DNA of 63,546 nucleotides, filler included, from Lenisia limosa (taxonomy: Eukaryota > Protista > Breviatea), in NCBI GenBank assembly GCA_001655205.1. It is 14 parts of 14 records of this genome, joined end to end, with 100 filler letters (N's around TTAATTAATTAA, not from the genome) between each part and the next. Parts side by side here need not be neighbours in the genome. Positions count along the whole stretch, not along the records: positions 1 to 6,988 come from LPNZ01002546.1; positions 7,089 to 8,766 come from LPNZ01004743.1; positions 8,867 to 12,446 come from LPNZ01010800.1; positions 12,547 to 15,235 come from LPNZ01011644.1; 10 more parts are not named here. The stretch is one strand, 5' to 3'. Shown one piece after another: positions 1-12,643 of the stretch (within the stretch, counting starts at the first letter, position 1; each line of letters starts with the position of its first letter). The translations under genes were made by a program, and so were the position numbers. The notes beneath the pieces were generated by a model. That model saw only the letters and a list, made by a program, of their open reading frames with translations. It had not been told where the DNA came from and made no database searches.

Positions 1-253
1 GATGATTGGGGGTTAATCACGTTAATGAAGTGTTGTGAATAATTGGAGGAACATAAAGTGGCTAATTCATAGTCCGTATATACCAACACAATCCTGATTT
101 GCAGGGAGATGAGATCTAAAAAAAATAACGTTGTATTTAGCCGAAGCCATCCACACCATCACGCTGATAAGAGATGTTGGATTATAGTATAATACTAATT
201 CACCCAATTATTTACCTAACAACTTTCTGCATTTACCTACCCTGATTTCTTAG

Positions 254-1574
254 GTATTGAAGGCACAGACGGCCCTGAATGAGCTGAAGGAGCAACTGGA
301 AGGCGAAATGACCAAGTCCAAACAGGCCAAATCCAGAATAGCCATGCTTACTCAGGAGGTCTGGCTTGTGCTTTGTTTTGTTTGTGTTTTGTTGTGCATG
401 CTGTAATTATTGTTGAACAATAAACAACCTATACGAGATATGTTGACAAGTTGGAGGAGGAAATAGATTCTTTCCAGATCGTTGCAAGATAATTTCAACG
501 TCCCCCCTTCTTAGGTTTCAACGTCCTCCCTTCTTAGGTTTCAACATCCCCCCTTCTGAGGTTTCCATTCTTATTGACTGGAAGATGATTGGGGGAAGAT
601 TATTATCCCTCCTGAGAGGGTTCTAAAAGGCTATTACCCCCACCCCCAACAGAGTTGATTTGGGTTTATTGATTTCATAAATTTTCCAATTTTACCCCCC
701 CCCCTCCCAGATTACTGTTCTGAAGGCCGCAACGAAGCAACGGGATGCTGAACTCGGCACTCTCAAGAACGGTGAGCTGAGGGATGCTGTTTCGTGGCAT
801 CGCGAGAGTAGCACTGGTGGTGGTTCTGTAGCAAACAAGTAATAGTTAGTATATATTATCATATGTAGTGTGTATCTATACCCCTAGGTTTTATTTCATC
901 AGTTTTCTTGCTCCACAAAAGGACTCGAACCTAATTCCATAGATAACGAGAGGCTTAAGAAGGTCGCAAAAGTTTCCAAGGAGAAAAAACCGAGTTCGAA
1001 GCCCCAGGAACAAATTCCATCAGAACACCTCGCAGCACACCCCCAGGTTCGTGATAGATTTGGGTTGAGCGTCTTCGAATCATGCTAATTAACTATATTC
1101 TCAAATGCTGTTCTGAAACTTGTATTCTTATCATCCAATTCAAAAGTCAAGTGATCATCACCAAACTTCTCTTTATAACATGATTAGATCAAAAGATCAT
1201 CATCACACTACGCCCCGGCTGCTGCTGGTTTAGACCACGTGATTGCAGAGGCAAGGAAAACTCGGGAGAAGAAGAAAACGACAAAGGCCCCATCTGGTAC
1301 GCCAACTTTACTGGGTGCTTTCCCGTTATTGTGGGAGAGTGATTACAAGGCTCTGTCATACGGTTTATCTTTCACACATTCACGCACACAAATTGTTTTC
1401 ATACTCACAAATGTTCATATCGATATTCATTTTTATTTCATAGGTAACTCTTTTCATCCCCCCCCCCCAGGATCGGAGTTCAACCGGGATGGGATAGATT
1501 TGTCGGAGTTGGAGCAGGCGGGGAGAGTTGTTGGCCTGACTGCGCGCGAAGTGTTGGCACTGACGTCGCCTTAA
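254..1574 (+). CDS. 3' part of a hypothetical coiled-coil protein (5 visible exons)
   Basis: GT-AG exons ~254-357, 711-771, 943-1047, 1189-1361 and 1471-1574 read VLKAQTALNELKEQLEGEMTKSKQAK..., ITVLKAATKQRDAELGTLKN, ..., SEFNRDGIDLSELEQAGRVVGLTAREVLALTSP*. No family recognised. Confidence 0.6.
493..566 (+). repeat. intronic minisatellite, ~23 bp unit x3
   Basis: tttcaacgtcc(c/t)cccttcttagg tandem repeats. Confidence 0.8.
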
Positions 1575-2269
1575 GCAGGTCACGTGCGGGTATTAAATGA
1601 TTGTGTTGTGTTGTAATTGTGTTTTTTTATCGTTAGGTTTTGTGTATTTTAGATGGTGTTTTCAGGTTGATTTAAGGTCTTGTTTGAAGGTGAATGTATA
1701 ACATTGTAATACTACTTCGGTGGTTTTAAAAATCCCCCACGAGAGAGGGGCTTGTCACCTAGTTAATTGGAAGCGTTCTATAGCGTGATTGACTATCTCA
1801 AAACAAAGATAGATTTAAAAGAACTGCGAAGAATCCAAAGGCAACAAAATTGCAGATTTCGGCAAATGCTCTTTGAACATTGTGGTAATGGCGGGGGGAA
1901 GTAAAATTGGAAATTTTAAACAAAAAGCCCAAATCAACTCTNNNNNNNNNNNNNNNNNNNNNNNNNNNNNNNNNNNNNNNNNNNNNNNNNNNNNNNNNNN
2001 NNNNNNNNNNNNNNNNNNNNNNNNNNNNNNNNNNNNNNNNNNNNNNNNNNNNNNNNNNNNNNNNNNNNNNNNNNNNNNNNNNNNNNNNNNNNNNNNNNNN
2101 NNNNNNNNNNNNNNNNNNNNNNATTTTTGAAAAATACACCAAACTCGCAAAACACCTTTTTTCGAAATGTTCTAGACACAACTTGAACCAAATTGTCACA
2201 ATAATCAGGCAGGCAATCCAGTGTTCAAACTACAAAATGCATAAAGCTCGATAAATACCCCTAGTACCA

Positions 2270-5200
2270 CGACACAACTCTCCGCACGGCTTTGGTCAAT
2301 GTCGAGTCTACTGCCTCCTTCCATTGTCGTCCCAAAGAAATCGGTTCTAAAGAATAAGAAAAAATGAATCTTCAAAAATCCAAAATGAAACCATATTGCC
2401 CGTCTTTATCTGCCAGGCGAAGTCCTCATGATCCCAAAAGTGGCAACTAAATGGTAGGCTTTATTTTGGTTTTCAAAGAGACGAGTGTATCGATATTCAT
2501 TGAGTTTCAAGAATCCTCTTGATTATTTAAGGGAAAAGTCATTCTAAGTGTTGCTCAGCGTAGAGCTCGTTGAGTTGAAATTGCGGATAAAGAGGGGTTT
2601 TTTATGATGCGTTTATTGGTATTTGCCTTAATTAAACCTGAATTATTGATAAGTCTTCAATCATCACTAAGACATGCGGCATTTTAGAACAATTCACGAT
2701 TTGTCCCGAAACAGCCATACCACTGTTTCTGAATAGCAAGCTCTCTCTCTCCCCCCCCCCCCNNNNNNNNNNNNNNNNNNNNNNNNNNNNNNNNNNNNNN
2801 NNNNNNNNNNNNNNNNNNNNNNNNNNNNNNNNNNNNNNNNNNNNNNNNNNNNNNNNNNNNNNCATAACCGTAGGCCTCACGACGCGAGTCTGAGGCTGGC
2901 TGGGGGAGGTAAAGGAAATATGATGGGGATGTTATGAACAAAATATGCACTAGTAAAAGTATTTCATAATTTTCCCTAGTACAAAGTATGTCACGCTATG
3001 ATATATTTATATGATATGATGTGAAACAAACAGATAATATCCCTTTGCCCACAACAAAAGGCGGGTTGGGTGGTGTGGAAGGATTGGCCCCTGCAGTGAG
3101 GTTGGTGGTCATCGGCTCGGAAGGGACTACACGGCCACACTTCTCCCAAATCAGATCCGTGCCAGGGACTACTGTCACCTTGAAGAGGTGATGATGATGA
3201 TGATAATGATGATGGTAATAATGGTAATATGAAAATAATGGTGGCGATGATGACAATGCCCCCTCTGACCGTATCAGTTGAATTAGGCGCTTTATTGAGG
3301 TTAAGGAAGACAGCATATGACGTTTTGTTAGTCTGAATCATGGTCGCGTTTGGACCTGAAAACGTCATCAAAAGTAACCCCAAAATGCTTCACCGTCAGC
3401 ATCAAGAAATAGCACCAACCCCAAATTACAACCCCCCCCCGCACCCATTATAAGCCCTGACGAGTCGCTGAAAGTTACGTTGAAGTCCGTGAGATGAACA
3501 GGGTCCTTCGCAGTGTCATTTGCAATCTCCATTGAGAATGTCATGTAACTATGGGAGTTATTTAGATATTCATACTTATTACAATATAAGTCATGCATTA
3601 AGAGATGAAGCGGTGATTTCTGACGCAAAAGAATATATAAAACCCCCAAAATCAACTCTGTTATTGAATGAATTCTGTTGATACCCCCCCCCCCCCNNNN
3701 NNNNNNNNNNNNNNNNNNNNNNNNNNNNNNNNNNNNNNNNNNNNNNNNNNNNNNNNNNNNNNNNNNNNNNNNNNNNNNNNNNNNNNNNNNNNNNNNNNNN
3801 NNNNNNNNGGTACAACGACATTATCGCCATCATCCGAGCCAGACGTGAGTACAAAGAGAATGATTGCCAAGGTGACAATGATGAAGTTGTGCGTGAGGTG
3901 GAGAATAGCACTCGCTGACAGGTTAGTGAGGGGAGGAGGGTCATTTTGAAAACAATAATCAACCCAAATCAACTATGTTAGAGAAACACACGGGTGTTTG
4001 AAAATAGCAAAGAGTCCCCCACCATCCGTGCCTTTATCTTTGAGTGCAATTGCCCGAGGCTTATGAATCGTAGCTCGTCCAGTCTGAATGCTAGTAAATA
4101 CAACTAATGCGGTATGTCTGAATGTAAATGTAACTAATGTGGCTGACTGTAGTGATGAGCATAAATATTTAAATACAAATAGTGTAACAAATCAAAAAAA
4201 ATAAGTCAAAAAATTGTAAGGTGACATATTGTAATTAGTTTGAAACATGGATCATAGTGATCTGGCTTACCCCCCCTCCCCCCCACATTCTTGTTCTTGT
4301 AGATGTTCATCCTAGATGGTTCACTCCACAGAACTTCAAAATCGGCAGCTTGACCGGTCAGAAAATGGAGAATCGTTCGTTGAGTTTTACTAGGGTTATA
4401 TGGTAGTATTATTGTCAATCACGGATGTATGTTTCAAAATAATCTCATTGAGTCGAATAGGAATATTTTTACTATATGGCCCGACTCGTTCTCTCTTCAT
4501 AATTGGTCAAAATTGCTTTATTTTGATGTTATTGATAATGGGCTTAATTATGTCAATTATTACACGTAAAGGGTGTCATTGAATCCATTATATACAATAT
4601 TTGTTGTGTTTGCTGCAGGCATCAACACCCCTATCATGACAGAAGAATTAGTCATATACTACAAATTATATTATACACAATATATAATAGTATACAAAAT
4701 ATATATTTCACTTGGCATGTATGTCGCCTTCCCACAGTTATCCTCACCAACCCCTTCCCACAGTTATCTTCATCATAAATCAAGGTTTTGAAGGGTGCAT
4801 GGCATTTCGGCTCTTTTGGGACTGTTAGATCTATTTCGGGGTATCTAAAAGGTCACAAGAAATGCTTTTACCCATCCATGTTGTGGAAACTTCAAAAGGG
4901 AATGTTAAACTATTGTGGCAATAGCCTCTCCTACCTCTGTCTACCCCTCACCCCCCACTTGAAGCCACGAGCCGGCCGTCTAGCCTGTCTATCTTGCTCT
5001 CGGGCTTTCTCGCGATCCACCACAGGCATTTCTGCTTGGATCAAACATTGGGCATTATTTCGCTACGAAAAAGATCGGTAAAATATCGATAGGTTCCGAG
5101 GATTAACCGAGAAATTCAGCCTTCTTTTTTTTCGAACCAGTGAATCACTTGACTCACCATCATCATGATGAGAGATGTATTAGACCGAAGCCGCTAACAT

Positions 5201-6678
5201 CATATCCCCTTGGCAATCTACAGGCACTTTTACGTAGCTTTTGAGCTGCTTTAACAGAATAACTATGGTTTTAAGACCCCCCCCCACGCGGTGCGGGGGC
5301 GTCCACGTCACTCCGGATTCGAGACCTTTCAGTCGCCCGGTCTGCCATTTCCTGGGCCGATGGTGGGGGGCTGCGAGGAGTAAAAATAAAACTGCACGAA
5401 ACAAAATTGACGCAAATCAACGTGCGGGGCGGGTGCAAATCCCTTATAACTAGGGTTTCACTTCGATTCGGGAAATATCGATAGTTTTCGAGGATTAATC
5501 GAGAAATTCCGTCTGTTTGCGAACCGAAGTGAAGCCCTACTACTAACAAGCCCCCCTACATAGTACTAACAGATTCCTCAATAGCCTCCCTTTCCGCTAC
5601 GGCGGCGGCATGGCGAACTGCCATTTCCTGGGGGGTTAGAATATCATTGGGAGGGGGTTAGAATATCATTGGGAGGGGGTTAGAATATATTACAAGAACA
5701 ATTAATGCACTCCCCTCCCACCCCACAGGATATCTGTCAAAACATCATAGTAAGCTATGTATAGTAGTACATAACTATATATGCATTTCATAAATACATG
5801 TAGTAGCTATGTATACTATACTATGTCTACATGATATATGTTTCTCCCCACCTTCTATATACCTCGGAAGTACATGTTGCTCCCCCCACCTTCTGTATAC
5901 CTCGGAAGTACTCTCTTGAGAGCCAAATTCCAACGAACGTCAAAGCGGTCAGACACACAATCCAAGGCACACCGCTGGATATGTGGACAAGTCCAAATAG
6001 AACTGGGCAGGGTGAGAGACGAAGAAAATGTCGATGGAGAAGAGTGGCGTAAAGGTACTAAACAGGCGATACGATGGGGGAGGGTGAAATAGAAAATTTA
6101 TGTAACAAAAAAAAGCCCAAAATCAAATCTGTTGGCTAGGTGAAGGGGATAGGGTGTTATACATGTATGTCTGAGATAGGGATGGGAAAAGGTTCTTTTC
6201 TGTTAGACTGAAAATCGGAGTATACTCCCATAGTAAGATGATATCTATTCTTCAATAAAAAAAAATACCGTTCTGGTTGGTACATATAGATATGGATTCA
6301 TGCCCTCCCCCACTTGAGCGTTTCATTGCATTTCTCCAGTGTTTTGAGCTACGACGGAAGACCAGTTCTGCAGGTTGATCAAAAGATCTTGAAACAGGTG
6401 TATAAGGGGATTGAAACCCACGCCCATCTTATATTTACTAGGGCTTCTACGGTCCTAAAAAGACCGATTAAATATCGATATTTATCGGGGATTTATCAAG
6501 AAATTCAGGGAGCGTAGGGAAGCCCTAATCTTAACACAAAGCCGCTCCTTCACTCTACCCACCTTCGATCCAGGCCAGAATTGGGAGGACGATGATGACA
6601 AGCAGCATAAAGAGCAGGCCCAAAAGGAGGGCGGAAGACTGGATACCCAAGAAGATGATGTTGGACTGGAGGGTGAGA
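2270..6678 (-). CDS. intron-rich coding region, hypothetical membrane/secreted protein(s), possibly two genes
   Basis: Spliced exons give hydrophobic segments (LTLQSNIIFLGIQSSALLLGLLFMLLVIIVLPILAWIE|VLFGLVHISSGVPWIVCLTALTFVGIWLSRE; HNFIIVTLAIILFVL). An exon near 2400-2450 reads CHFWDHEDFAWQIKT, weakly GPS-motif-like. Gaps prevent a full model. Confidence 0.4.
5451..5539. mobile_element. MITE family 1 (~90-100 bp, TA-flanked), representative copy
   Basis: TIRs (TA)GGGCTTCACTTCGRTTCG..CGAACCGAAGTGAAGCCC(TA). Other copies at ~5068, 6439-6527, 7665, 12296, 15524-15611, 16505-16590, 17202-17300, 23993-24050, 28318, 39791-39889, 53181-53274, 55188-55283, 57263, 61206, 61329-61423, 62459, 62809-62892, 63384-63473. 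Confidence 0.88.
5632..5692 (+). repeat. intronic minisatellite, ~21 bp unit x3
   Basis: gggggttagaatatcattggga tandem repeats. Confidence 0.8.
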
Positions 6679-7245
6679 NNNNNNNNNNNNNNNNNNNNNN
6701 NNNNNNNNNNNNNNNNNNNNNNNNNNNNNNNNNNNNNNNNNNNNNNNNNNNNNNNNNNNNNNNNNNNNNNNNNNNNNNNNNNNNNNNNNNNNNNNNNNNN
6801 TTAAGGAACTAATCACGAACCGAATAAAACTCCAAACAAAAAAAAAACCGAGCAATAACAAACACGAGCAACGAACGCTAAAACTAGACAAAAGGTAGAG
6901 AACAAAAATAAAACCGTCACTCCCTGTTACCTCTTCACTCGCCTCATAGTCGCTGTTGATCTTACGGCCGCACGTGTCATATTCATCCNNNNNNNNNNNN
7001 NNNNNNNNNNNNNNNNNNNNNNNNNNNNNNNNTTAATTAATTAANNNNNNNNNNNNNNNNNNNNNNNNNNNNNNNNNNNNNNNNNNNNGCCCCAATATAC
7101 AGTAACTGTGTTTCTAACTATCCCATAGACTTTGTTTCATATTTATTCCATTTTTTTTTTTTCAATTTACTCCCCATATAGTCCCCCCAGAATTGATTAT
7201 TGGCTGTTTTATTTGATTCTTAAATTTTCCGATTTTACTCTCCAG

Positions 7246-8593
7246 GGAGGTACCACCTCCCTCTTCGGCAACACAGCTGCTGCTCCGAACCCCTTTGCTC
7301 AAACCGTCCCCGCCAATCCCGCCGCTGCCACAGGTGGGTCTTGTTTTTTAAACTGTTTTTTTGGGGGGTTTGTTTTGTTTTTGTTTTTGTTGGTGTTTTT
7401 GTTGATGATGATATTGTTGGCTCTTTTTCTTTCATAAATTTTCCTATTTTACTCCCCCTCCCCCCCAGGATTCGGCCAGAAACCTCCAGACTCTGCGTTT
7501 CCTCTGGACACGAAATTCGTGAACCTGCCGGAAAACATCCAACAGAAGATCGTTGAAGTGGAGTATGGGGGAGAGGGGCAGAGGATGGTTGGAGTATGGA
7601 TTTTTATTTTTTCTTTTTTGAAGTCTCAGCGAGTTAAGGGCAATTTTATCATATTCTGGGCTTCACAGAAAATTTCACGATACCCTCGATAGTTTAAAAG
7701 AATCCACAAATATCCCCGAAATATATCTACAAAATTCTCACCGAAACCTTTTTGATCATTAGATCGTCATATTACCGGTGCTGCAGAAGCGACTGNNNNN
7801 NNNNNNNNNNNNNNNNNNNNNNNNNNNNNNNNNNNNNNNNTTGGGCGTTTTTTTTTATGTTTCTTAAATTTTCCAAATTTACCCCCCCCCCCCTCAGGAC
7901 CTTTTTGAAGTCTCAGCGAGTTAAGGGCGAAATCAACTGCCAGAAAGCCCAAAAAATCATTGGACAAACTACCGAGCAAATCAAATTCCTGGAATCAGTG
8001 GGTGGTTTGTTTTGTGTTTTTTTTTTGTTTTTGTGTATGTTTTCACATTCTTTTTTGTGTGAAGTTCGTCAGTTGTAATGATGATGATTGGGTGAATTAG
8101 TATGATTCTCTAATCTTGGGGAGGCACGCAGAAAGCTCTTTGCAGAGTTGTCAGGCAGAAGATTGGGTGAAAAAATATTATACCATAATGGGTACCTTAA
8201 GTCTAGGGGTTTTTTTTTATTTTCTGATTTTTTTCAAATATTCTAGAAGCTTTTGTACACTTTCAAAAGGTACGTATATACTTCCTCAATTTTTGAAAAA
8301 TGGCCTCAAAAAATCCAAACAAAAATAAGGACGCTAGTAGGGGGGGATCCCATCAAAAAGTCCAAAAGCTTCTAGAACATTAGAAAAAAACAGTGTTTTC
8401 CTAATACTTGAGGTACCCATCCAATGCTCTTAAAGAAAGATATTTGACTTAAACTGTTTTATTATTATTTTTTTATTACTTTTTTATTACTATTTTTAGG
8501 TTAATATTATTTGAACTTACTGTTTAGGCTGTCACCAACTCACGAGCGACAGCAGAAATCACCATCTCAAAATTACTCAAGCTCAAATCCAAC
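7246..8593 (+). CDS. FG-repeat nucleoporin fragment, Nup58/Nup49-like
   Basis: Exons read GGTTSLFGNTAAAPNPFAQ..|GFGQKPPDSAFPLDTKFVNLPENIQQKIVEVE|TFLKSQRVKGE..: FG/PF motifs followed by a coiled coil, as in the Nup58/Nup49 family. Confidence 0.55.
8188..8420. mobile_element. MITE-like foldback element (~230 bp) in the nucleoporin intron
   Basis: Ends ATGGGTACCTTAAGT..ACTTGAGGTACCCAT, with an inner imperfect inverted repeat ttctagaagcttttg / caaaagcttctagaa. Confidence 0.6.
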
Positions 8594-9002
8594 GTAAGCC
8601 CGTGTGTTGTCTTTGTTTATATTGATTCTTAGGGGTTACTGTCTCTGTTTACAGTCTTTGAGTTTCTATGCTGTGTGGTCTCTGAACATTTTTCATGTTC
8701 TTGTTGGTGATGGCCTGTTCACATTTATACTATTACAATTTATATAGCTTGGTGACCATACATAGCNNNNNNNNNNNNNNNNNNNNNNNNNNNNNNNNNN
8801 NNNNNNNNNNTTAATTAATTAANNNNNNNNNNNNNNNNNNNNNNNNNNNNNNNNNNNNNNNNNNNNAGGGTTGAAAACAAACAAAGCCCAGACCAGTCGC
8901 TTCTGCAACACTGTATCCCATTACTCCAGCGTACGTAAAAAAAGATAATTGGGGAAATGAGGGAGAGGGGGGTTAAAGATAGAGTGCTGTTCTACTCACC
9001 CG

Positions 9003-12000
9003 AAAGAATAACACCCTAATAAGCCTAATAAGGCCGCTCCTGTGTACAGTCCACCGCCGGATCTCTATGATCCTAGTTTCAATAGAGACTCCTCCACCCA
9101 CTTCAAGGTTAATAATGCCCTTGCACAGCTTCTGCTCTTCGCCTTCCTTAGGTGGTTTCGTGAAGTAGAAGAGGGACCCGGGGCGCAGAATGAAGAACCG
9201 TCTCTTCCAGTTCAGACTTGAGTGCGTGCTCTGGGGGGGGGGGTGNNNNNNNNNNTTCAGGCTCGAGTGTGCTCTGGGCGAAGGTGTGAAATTGGAAAAT
9301 TTATGAAAAACCTATAAACAAAACAAAACAAAACAAAAAAAAACACAACAAAACAAAACAAAAAAAAACAAAACAAAACAAAACCAAACNNNNNNNNNNN
9401 NNNNNNNNNNNNNNNNNNNNNNNNNNNNNNNNNNNNNNNNNNNNNNNNNNNNNNNNNNNNNNNNNNNNNNNNNNNNNNNNNNNNNNNNNNNNNNNNNNNN
9501 NNNNNNNNNNNNNGACACTTCCTCTCTTCCAGAGCCAGCCAGAGTGAAGAACAGTTGTGGCTGTAAAGTGAGATAATAAATGGAAATCTTGTAAATGATA
9601 TCATATATATTGATATATTGTATGAAGTGGACGAAAAGTTGTATGGAAATAGAAACTCTATCATATTATAATAATTAGACACTATATAATATATTGCATC
9701 ATATACATAGTTGTCAATACAGTGGAAAGCAGGTTGTATATGGATATAGTTATGATGAGTGAAACAGTTGTGGCCGTTAAGTGAGAGAGGTGGAAATAGC
9801 TCAAGTAAATATAGATATGAACATAGTAGAGGAACACCTATATGGAAATACGTTGAGGTGAGAAATAAAACAAGGTTGTATCTGGCCGAAACTGTCCACA
9901 CCATTACGCTTATAAGAGATATTGAATCTCTATGGAAATTGCTACGAGGTACGTAACAGCCCTCTTGCCCAAGTGGTTAACTTTGGTGTCGTTTCAGTTT
10001 TAGTTATATACAGCTTTATGGAAAATACTATGTAGGTTTCTATTATAACCGAACTGAACCGAAGTAACACCCTCAATTACTTACAAAGAGTTCTAATAAT
10101 ATTTACAATTCTGGGGAGCACATAGCATCCCCCTTGCATACCCTTTTGGTGCGCGGCTTCAATTTGTGCGGCAACCTGCGGTACATAAGTGTGGAGAAGG
10201 GAAAAAGAGTAACAACGAAAACAAAGCAAAACACGGAATTAGAGAAGAGGGAGAGGGCGAAAACTAGTATAAAATGAGATGAAATAATTCAGGGATGTTT
10301 GTTACCAACCTGTGTGATTTTCTGCTGGTCAGCGCGCTGCAGACCGAGGGACTCTTTCCAGGCCTCAAGCTAGGGTGTGAGAAATTGGCACTACATATAT
10401 ATACCTATAGCTATAACTATATAAATATTATACACATGTATATATTGATTATTGACAAAAAATGGAGGGAGATGAGGGACTTTTTCCAGGCCTCAAGCTG
10501 TAGAAGAAAAATGGGTACAACAAGTGGGGAGGGGGTGTTATGAGTATTATTTTATTGATAAAAAAATGGAGGAAGAGTCTTTTCATGCCTCAAGCTGGGG
10601 TGTGAGAAGTTGGCAGTTTATGTATATTGATTATTGCTTAAATTGGAGAAGGGAGATGGTGGAAGCTTCCGGGATTCAAGCTGGTATGTTAGAAATAAGG
10701 GTACAACAAGTGGGGGTGTTTCGAGAGTAGCTAAATTCTCTGACGAATAGGTTTCGGGGAGGGGGACGTCAATGAGCGTGGAGCGTGGTAATATGTTTGC
10801 ATCCATATGTATTTATTTGTTCCCTAGATTTCTAATGATTATTTCTCTTGTTCAAAAAACAAAACAAAAAAAAAAGTAAGCCGATATTCTAAGAATGTAC
10901 CATCCCCGCCTCCCTCTCCGTTCATCTTGTGAGGGGGGGGGGGGAAACGAAGGGAATTTCGATGAAGAATATTGGCGTAAAGGTACTAATCACGAACCGA
11001 ATAATCTGAAACTCAAAACAACAACAACAACAAAAAAAAAACAAGCAATAATAAACACAAATCCACCTTAGACCCCCCTCCCCCACCTCCTCCTGGGTGT
11101 TGCTAGAGAAGACGAAGTGAACGTTGCTGCGACTCACGAGTTTGAACAGACATTGCCGGCCGTCCACAACGGCCGTGGGCGGCGCCTCACCAAGTTGGAC
11201 CGTCTGAAAGAATTAAAAAGGGCTGAACCGTCTGAAATAAATATAATGGATGGATGGGTCCCCTGCCACCATCATCCCCCACCATAAACGTGCATTCCCA
11301 CTCCTAACCTCTCACCTTAAGCATGACAGTAACCTCAACCTCCATTCCCACCTTAAGCATGATGGTAGTCTTCAACAGGCCTGCCTCCTTAGAACGAGAG
11401 GGGGGGACGTCCGAGAAGATAAGGAAGGTTTTGCCTCTGACCACGCACCATCTCTTGGCCCTGGGGGGGGGGGGNNNNNNNNNNNNNNNNNNNNNNNNNN
11501 NNNNNNNNNNNNNNNNNNNNNNNNNNNNNNNNNNNNNNNNNNNNNNNNNNNNNNNNNNNTATTATTCAGTGTATTGAGAAAAGAAGCAAGAAGAAGAAGA
11601 CCCCCATCATTCATCATCATAACTGCATCATTAAGAGCATTATTAAAAATATCTTACTTACACCCCAACGTACCATGGTTTGCTTGACTTGTTGTGCTGG
11701 TAGAGCCAACCTTGAAGCGTGTCTTCAACTGCCGAGTTATTGAAGGGGAGAGGGGTGTCTGTCTGTGTATATGTGTTCAAAATTAGCAATTTTATGAAAC
11801 CAAAAAACCCAGAATTAACTCTTTTAGCTAAACATTCGAGGGTTGAAAATAACAAAACAAACAGAGCCCAGGCCAATCGCTATGCAGCACAGCATCCTCA
11901 TATCCTCATATCTACTCACCCCCCCCCCCCNNNNNNNNNNNNNNNNNNNNNNNNNNNNNNNNNNNNNNNNNNNNNNNNNNNNNNNNNNNNNNNNNNNNNN

Positions 12001-12090
12001 NNNNNNNNNNNNNNNNNNNNNNNNNNNNNNNNGAACTGGTGCGCAATAGAACGTAGCCACTGCTCCTTCGAGAACGCGTCGTCGCAACTG
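9003..12090 (-). CDS. PH-domain protein (two or more PH domains), fragment
   Basis: Exons give EDTLQGWLYQHNKSSKPW, GRQCLFKLVSRSNVHFVFSSNTQEE and LNWKRRFFILRPGSLFYFTKPP..CKGIINL, all PH-domain hallmarks. Confidence 0.7.
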
Positions 12091-12643
12091 GAGAGAGAGG
12101 GGGATTAGAGCAACTGGGATTAGAGCAATTGGTGAGGAATTAGAACATGTATGGCCTGAGTGTGTCTGTGGTGAAAAATAGAGTGAAGTGGGTGGTGGAA
12201 TGATTGTGCGATGGGGATAGAGAGAAATTTAGTTTGGGACCGTAGGGCGTAATAATACATACAATATATTATATATCTTTTAAATACTAGAGCCACGCTT
12301 CACTTTGGATCCAAAACACTTGTAAAATATCGATATTTATCGAGAATTAAGTCTTTTTTGGAATAGAAAGAAGCTCGAATAAGTACCCACCCACCCCATG
12401 ATAAAATATAGTATCTCCCCCCCCCCACCTGAGGATGAAGTGCTTGNNNNNNNNNNNNNNNNNNNNNNNNNNNNNNNNNNNNNNNNNNNNTTAATTAATT
12501 AANNNNNNNNNNNNNNNNNNNNNNNNNNNNNNNNNNNNNNNNNNNNGTTACCCACGAAATGTGTGTTTTAGATAAAGTTACCCATGAAATGTGTGTTTTA
12601 GATAAATAATGTGACTCCAATCAAAGTAACAGAACCCCTCCTC

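Noticed and set aside
10345-10730. Three imperfect ~140-200 bp intronic repeats as a structured RNA cluster
   Set aside because: Highly diverged tandem duplication with no C/D, H/ACA or other boxes.
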